A DNA stretch of 48,287 nt from Candidatus Enterousia sp. (GTDB lineage Bacteria > Pseudomonadota > Alphaproteobacteria > Rs-D84), in NCBI GenBank assembly GCA_045576255.1, contig JAZNGD010000050.1, forward strand, positions 1-48,287, in the 5' to 3' direction. Under the pieces are notes generated by a model. The model had not been told where the DNA came from. It saw only the letters and a program-made list of their open reading frames with translations, and did not search any database. Below are positions 43,458 to 48,287 of the stretch, piece by piece. Each line of letters begins with the position of its first letter. Within the stretch, counting starts at the first letter, position 1. The position numbers and the translations under genes were made by a program.

Positions 43458-45086
43458 ATGATAAAACCAATGAAATTTTTTCTGTTGTGCGGTTTGGTTT
43501 TGGGTGCTTTGACTGGGTGCGCGACCAAAGAATCTGCCAAAGTTGCGGCATCTGTTGATCAAGATTTTGTTAATGCTTATGATGCGTTTGAAATGGCAAA
43601 AAATCCACGCGCCAAAGTGGCCAGTGGCGATACTGTGTCTATGTCCGAAGGCGTGTGGTTGGGAAATAAATCTGTTGTGCTGGAACACAGAAATAATCTG
43701 CCGGCGCAGTTTGAAACAGATACAGGTGTGACAATATTATTGAACGAGCCTGTTTCTTTGCAAGTCTTGGCAAATGATATTTATTCTATTACGGGAATCC
43801 CTGTTAAAATAGATGGGCAAATTTCTGGTGACAAGTTGAAAAAGTTGGTTAGTGTTGCTTATACTGGAAAATTATCTGGTTTGCTTTCCCAAGTTGCGAC
43901 CGATTTAGATTTGCTGTGGTATTATGATAAAAATTCTATCGTTTTTTATGAAACAGAAACAAAAACTTTTACATTATATGCTTTGGGTACAGAAGTTGCG
44001 TATCAGACATCTGTTTCAACCGATGATTCAAACGAAGTTTCGTTGGAATCTACGTTGAAAGAATGGGACGAAGTCGAAAATTCAATATCTTCTATCATAG
44101 GCAAAAGCGAAAATGCGGACTTTACTGTGTCGCGCAGCTTGGGAACAATTACTGTGACTGCTTCTCCATCTGTTTTGGCGCGCGTTGGTGAATATATTGA
44201 CAGACAAAACAAGCGTTTGTCACAGTTGATTACTATTGATGTAAAAGTTTTACAGGTGACAATTTCAAATGATTCTGCATTTGGTTTGAATTTGGCGGCT
44301 GCGATTAATTCTACGTCTGGGTTAAATATAGTTGCAAATCCCAAGAATAATCTTGCTTCAACAGAAGCCAGTTCTATGAATATTGCGGTTTTGTCAAATA
44401 CTATTTCTGCGTTGACTGGCGCAACACATATGGAAAATGGACAGGTTGTAGACGGCGCTTATACCCAAGATAAAATTATGAATGGTTCTTTGTCGGGTGC
44501 CGCTGGCAGTAATGCTTTGATAGAAGCCTTGGCAAAGCAGGGCAAGGTGTCGTTGGTGACAAATGTCGGTGTGACAACGCGCAGTAATCGTGTTGCACCG
44601 GTCAGCAACACTCGTACAACTGGGTATATCAAACGTTTCGAATCGCGCAACTTTACAACTGTTGAATCCAGTACCGTCGATCAAGATGATTTAGAAACCG
44701 GGTTTACAATGCAGTTGTTGCCAAATGTTTTGGAAAATGGGAAAATCTTGTTATTGTTCCGTATGTCGGTGCGCGAATTGTTGCGTATGTCAACCCAGAC
44801 AATTGGCGAAGTGACACTGCAATTACCAGAAGTTGAAGAACGCAGCTTTATGCAAGAAGTGATTATGGAATCTGGTCAGATGTTGGTTGTGTCGGGTTTT
44901 GAAAAACAAACCAGTGAAGATACACGTTATGGACTTGGTGACCCTGACTTTATGGCGTTGTCTGGTTCGCGTGAAACATCTGCTACTCGTGAAGTTTTGG
45001 TTGTTATCTTGACGCCACAAGTTTTGGTCAGCCCAATGGATGCAGAACGCACTATACAGCAACACTGGGGCGCACCACTAAACTAA
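43458..45086 (+). CDS. lipoprotein secretin (type IVb pilus PilN/TcpC/BfpB-like)
   Basis: Lipobox LGALTGC. Secretin core ITIDVKVLQVTISNDSAFGLNL ... GQMLVVSGF ... REVLVVILTPQVL. Confidence 0.8.
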   Translation: MIKPMKFFLLCGLVLGALTGCATKESAKVAASVDQDFVNAYDAFEMAKNPRAKVASGDTVSMSEGVWLGNKSVVLEHRNNLPAQFETDTGVTILLNEPVSLQVLANDIYSITGIPVKIDGQISGDKLKKLVSVAYTGKLSGLLSQVATDLDLLWYYDKNSIVFYETETKTFTLYALGTEVAYQTSVSTDDSNEVSLESTLKEWDEVENSISSIIGKSENADFTVSRSLGTITVTASPSVLARVGEYIDRQNKRLSQLITIDVKVLQVTISNDSAFGLNLAAAINSTSGLNIVANPKNNLASTEASSMNIAVLSNTISALTGATHMENGQVVDGAYTQDKIMNGSLSGAAGSNALIEALAKQGKVSLVTNVGVTTRSNRVAPVSNTRTTGYIKRFESRNFTTVESSTVDQDDLETGFTMQLLPNVLENGKILLLFRMSVRELLRMSTQTIGEVTLQLPEVEERSFMQEVIMESGQMLVVSGFEKQTSEDTRYGLGDPDFMALSGSRETSATREVLVVILTPQVLVSPMDAERTIQQHWGAPLN

Positions 45087-45115
45087 AAATAAATTATAAT
45101 AACATATCTAAAAAC

Positions 45116-45161
45116 AAAAACGATGGCTCATGTAGCGTTTGTACACTACGCCATCGTTTTT
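45116..45161 (+). other. 12-bp-stem hairpin with conserved 22-nt loop, just after the secretin stop
   Basis: AAAAACGATGGC-TCATGTAGCGTTTGTACACTAC-GCCATCGTTTTT. The loop is shared with hairpins at 45211-45255 and 45311-45346. Confidence 0.85.
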
Positions 45162-45166
45162 GTTTT

Positions 45167-45406
45167 TATCTAAATTATTCTAATTTATTTTACGCTAATC
45201 AGGAACTGCGGTGCCGGAATCTCATGTAGCGTCGTGTACACTACGATTCCGGCACTACTTGTATCTAAGTCATTCTAATTTATTTTACGCTAATCACGAA
45301 CGGTGGTGCTGGGAATCTCATGTATCGTTTGTACACTACGATTCCCGATTTGCTTTTATCTAAGTCATTCTAATTTATTTTACACTAATCACGAACGGTG
45401 GTGCTG
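45167..45406 (+). repeat. 95-bp tandem repeat, about 2.5 copies, each with a hairpin carrying the conserved loop
   Basis: Units start with TATCTAA at 45167, 45262 and 45357. The third unit is cut off at GGTGCTGG, where a palindromic element begins. Confidence 0.9.
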
Positions 45407-45419
45407 GCTTACTCTCTTT

Positions 45420-45452
45420 CGTCATCCTGGGGCTTGACCCCAGGATCCAGGT
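45420..45452. repeat. 33-nt palindromic element, reverse orientation
   Basis: Identical to bases 1-33. Confidence 0.9.
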
Positions 45453-45499
45453 CATTATTCTTCTTTATTTTTATAAAAATTTTTTTGTAAAAAAAATTT

Positions 45500-45531
45500 G
45501 TCATTCTGTGGCTAGACCACAGAACCCAGGT
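45500..45531. repeat. divergent variant of the palindromic element
   Basis: GTCATTCTGTGGCTAGACCACAGAACCCAGGT has the same architecture with compensatory stem changes (CTGTGG/CCACAG instead of CTGGGG/CCCCAG). Confidence 0.65.
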
Positions 45532-45571
45532 AAATGTGCGCGACGCGCACACAAATAAAAAAGAAAAACTC

Positions 45572-45643
45572 ACCTGGATCCTGGGGGAATTCACCCACAA
45601 AAATATTTTATTTTTGTGGGGCCCGAAAAGCCCCAGGATGACG
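45572..45643. repeat. composite palindromic element (second copy of 368-439)
   Basis: One mismatch to 368-439. Identity continues 16 nt further (AGGGAGTTTTTAAGTT). Confidence 0.9.
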
Positions 45644-45706
45644 AGGGAGTTTTTAAGTTTATTTTTCTTAAAAAAGATTTATAAAAATAAAAAAAAAGAA
45701 ATATTC

Positions 45707-45739
45707 ACCTGGATCCTGGGGTCAAGCCCCAGGATGACG
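45707..45739. repeat. 33-nt palindromic element, forward
   Basis: ACCTGGATCCTGGGGTCAAGCCCCAGGATGACG. Confidence 0.9.
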
Positions 45740-45752
45740 AAGAAGAAGTGGG

Positions 45753-45811
45753 GGGGCGAAAAGATCCAGGATGACAAAAGAAGAAGGGGCCAGAAAAGCC
45801 CCAGGATGACG
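45753..45811. repeat. two half copies of the element
   Basis: GGGGCGAAAAGATCCAGGATGAC and GGGGCCAGAAAAGCCCCAGGATGACG. Confidence 0.7.
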
Positions 45812-45909
45812 AAGAAGAAAGGCAGGGTGACAAAGAAGAAGACAGGACAGGGGCAAGGCGTAATGACAAACTTGTTTGTGCATCACAAAAGTGTAATGAT
45901 GGCGCCTGG

Positions 45910-46095
45910 TTGGTGGAAAAAGATGGGGTTTCACAAGGTTGTGTAGAGAACCCTGACAAAAAAGCCGAGGCCGATAGGATTGCCCAAGATAATGAAAGAC
46001 GCAAGAATCTTGGGTTGAATCGGAATCAATATAAAAAATATACAGCCATTGAAGAAGAGCTGAAAAATTTGGAAGGATTGTCAGGTACCAATTAA
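45910..46095 (+). pseudogene. possible 3' remnant of a gene whose upstream part is replaced by palindromic repeats
   Basis: The frame stays open upstream into the repeat array with no ATG. The track start is a TTG. Followed by a good terminator. Confidence 0.3.
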
Positions 46096-46096
46096 T

Positions 46097-46126
46097 AAAA
46101 AAACACCGCCCGTTTGGGCGGTTTTT
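46097..46126. terminator. bidirectional intrinsic terminator
   Basis: AAAAAAA-CACCGCCC-GTTT-GGGCGGT-TTTT between convergent ORFs. Confidence 0.8.
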
Positions 46127-46132
46127 GCAACT

Positions 46133-46552
46133 TTATCTATTGTGCTGGGAATGTTCAGCAAGCAATAATAAACGTTTTTCTATTTGGCGTTTAAAATCAC
46201 GTCTGGATGCATGATTTAAACGGTCGCGAAAGTTATCATCGTCATCAAAAACATGATATGCATCTGGATACAGTTGGACAACTGGTTTGCCTGTCTCTTT
46301 GTCCAAGTATTCGATAACTGTCGAAGCAATCTTGTCACCCATTATTTCAGAATTCTTTTTGTGATTAATTGCCATTTTTGCTGCGCATGGGTTTGGGAAT
46401 TTTTTTGTTTCCACAAATCCACCCACGGTTTCTGTGATTTTGCTGTTTTCACATTTTACCGCCATTGGTGTTTCTTTACACCACGAAAACAAATCGTAAT
46501 CACAAAATGTATTAAAGTTTATTATGTATGTATTCTTTTTCTTTTGACTCAT
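46133..46552 (-). CDS. hypothetical protein
   Basis: 139-aa ORF with a strong SD (AAGGAGG 7 nt upstream of the ATG). No recognisable family. Confidence 0.6.
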   Translation of the reverse strand: MSQKKKNTYIINFNTFCDYDLFSWCKETPMAVKCENSKITETVGGFVETKKFPNPCAAKMAINHKKNSEIMGDKIASTVIEYLDKETGKPVVQLYPDAYHVFDDDDNFRDRLNHASRRDFKRQIEKRLLLLAEHSQHNR

Positions 46553-46637
46553 TCACAACCTCCTTGGTTAATACGTACCACTAACACCTGTATATATAGT
46601 TACCAAAAGGCCGTTTGTCAATATCCTGTATGTTTTT

Positions 46638-48287
46638 TTATACAAATAAATCTTTTACAAATTGTGCGTGTTCAGTTATGAATTTGAATCGAAATTCAGG
46701 TTTTTTGCCCATTAATTCTGATACGATTATGCGCGTTTTTTCTGTGTCTTCGATTCCTTCTTCGGTGCGTGGGGGCAGGTCGACACGAATTAAACGACGC
46801 GTTTTTGGCGACATAGTTGTTTCTTTTAATTGGTTTGGCATCATTTCGCCCAACCCTTTGAAGCGCGATATTTCAACGCGTTTGTTTTTATATTTTGTTG
46901 ATTTTAATTCTTCCAGTTCTTCATCTGTATCAACATATATCGATTCTGTGCCGCATGTTAATTTGTACAGTGGCGGACAAGATAAATACAGGTGACCACC
47001 ATAAATCAGCTGGGGCATATATTGATAGAAAAATGCCATTAATAGTGATGCAATATGGCTGCCGTCAACGTCGGCATCGGTCATAATTATGATTTTTTCA
47101 TAACGCAATTTGTCTTGGTTCCAGTCCTTGGCTGTGCCGGCGCCGATAATATCAATCAGTTCGTTTAATTCTTTGTTCGCGCCAAAGCGTTCGTCAGAAT
47201 TGGATATGACGTTTAAAACCTTGCCACGCAGTGGCATAATAGCCTGGGTCGCGCGGTCGCGCGCTTGTTTAGCAGTACCGCCAGCAGATTCGCCTTCTAC
47301 GATAAACAATTCTGTACCGGCGATACCGTGCTTGGAACAATCGGCCAGCTTGGCAGGCATACGAATGCGTTTGGTTGGTGTTTTGCGTGCAACATCTTTT
47401 ACTTGTTTAGTTTTGATACGCGCGTTCGCCAAATTAATTACAAAGTCTAATAATGCGTTTGCGGTCTTGGGGTCAGATGCCAAAAACATTTCCCATGGGT
47501 CGCGTAATGCATTTTCTGTATAACGTGCGATTTCAGGATTCGATAATTTTTCTTTGGTTTGTCCCAAAAATTGCGGTGTTTTGTAAAATACAGATACAAT
47601 CGCCGCAACAGAATCAAATACGTCTTCGCCAATAATTGTTGCCGCCGATTTGTTGTTTACTTTTTCGCCATATGCCTTGATTCCTTTGGTAATCGCCGAT
47701 TTAAAACCAGTTTCGTGTGTGCCACCGTCGATTGTAGAAATTGTGTTGCAGTATGATGAAAAGAAACCATCGTCAGATGCAGCGCCGTTTTCGTCTGTTA
47801 AAAATGTTAATGCCCATTCAACACGACCAGAATCATCAGGAAAATCAACACTGCCGCTGAATATTCGTGGCAAAATTCGTGGCTTGGAATCAGTTTTTTC
47901 AGCCAAAAAATCTGCGACGCCGTTCGGGTAATAAAATGTTTTTGACGCAGGAATATTCATATCTTCTGTTAATAATTCTGGATTGCATTGCCAATCAATC
48001 TTTATTCCGCGTGATAAAAACGACTTGGCGCGTGCCATACGATAAATTTTTACAGGTTTAAACACCGCGTTCGCGCCAAAAATTTCATCGTCAATTGTAA
48101 AGCGAATCTTGGTTCCATGTGATTTTGTCGGTTCGCCGCGTTGCATAGAACTGGTCGGAAGACCGCGTGAAAATGTTTGATGCCAATTGTAGCCGTCGCG
48201 CGCAATGTCGACAATCATTTCAGATGATAATGCGTTTACAACCGCAGAACCAACACCATGCAAGCCACCACTGGTCTTGTAAACATT
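46638..48287 (-). CDS. parE: DNA topoisomerase IV subunit B (type IIA topoisomerase B subunit; N-terminus beyond window)
   Basis: GGLHGVG at the window edge, Toprim EGESAGG and IMTDADVDGSHI, C-terminal tail. About 540 aa after the GLHGVG motif fits ParE rather than long-insert GyrB; the ParE versus GyrB choice is inference. Confidence 0.7.
   Translation of the reverse strand, partial: NVYKTSGGLHGVGSAVVNALSSEMIVDIARDGYNWHQTFSRGLPTSSMQRGEPTKSHGTKIRFTIDDEIFGANAVFKPVKIYRMARAKSFLSRGIKIDWQCNPELLTEDMNIPASKTFYYPNGVADFLAEKTDSKPRILPRIFSGSVDFPDDSGRVEWALTFLTDENGAASDDGFFSSYCNTISTIDGGTHETGFKSAITKGIKAYGEKVNNKSAATIIGEDVFDSVAAIVSVFYKTPQFLGQTKEKLSNPEIARYTENALRDPWEMFLASDPKTANALLDFVINLANARIKTKQVKDVARKTPTKRIRMPAKLADCSKHGIAGTELFIVEGESAGGTAKQARDRATQAIMPLRGKVLNVISNSDERFGANKELNELIDIIGAGTAKDWNQDKLRYEKIIIMTDADVDGSHIASLLMAFFYQYMPQLIYGGHLYLSCPPLYKLTCGTESIYVDTDEELEELKSTKYKNKRVEISRFKGLGEMMPNQLKETTMSPKTRRLIRVDLPPRTEEGIEDTEKTRIIVSELMGKKPEFRFKFITEHAQFVKDLFV

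Overview
Visibly AT-rich bacterial chromosomal segment. The gene content (RarA, GatCAB, a Cys-less DksA, an RHH_4 protein, a SPOR protein, split tatA / tatBC, SUF genes, hemolysin-III) fits an alphaproteobacterium with a compact, possibly host-associated genome; that taxonomic call is inference. I support about 50 CDS, 2 tRNAs (Lys-CTT, Phe-GAA), several intrinsic terminators and a large amount of structured repeat DNA. The housekeeping backbone is rarA, ybeY-lnt (fused), trmB, gltX, thrS, tatA, dksA, trxA, sufS-sufT-sufE, ftsL-ftsI, recJ, nrnA, lolA, tatBC, an M23/LysM peptidase, miaB, gatCAB, ruvX, sufBC and a partial parE. Nothing here amounts to a clear, complete novel system. The features most worth a second look are these. 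(1) Three small nuclease genes (two GIY-YIG, one DUF559/Vsr-like) are each bracketed by structured repeats. The DUF559 cassette has about 45-nt hairpin-bearing inverted ends and a 23-bp duplication that preserves a displaced 3' end of the hemolysin-III gene. (2) A family of 33-nt palindromic elements occurs in arrays at both ends of the window, including a nested 72-nt composite form. (3) A 95-bp tandem array lies downstream of an orphan TcpQ/PilL-like plus lipoprotein-secretin gene pair, and its hairpins have different stems around a conserved 22-23-nt loop. (4) A 54-bp duplication of the tRNA-Lys 3' end plus terminator encloses a 131-bp hairpin-rich insert. (5) An 18-codon ORF with six consecutive Thr codons lies upstream of a TGS-less thrS. 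(6) A translationally coupled four-gene operon of unknown function has weak toxin/immunity-like signatures. Start codons were re-picked by eye where the ORF track over-extends, and all domain calls come from motif recognition, not searches.
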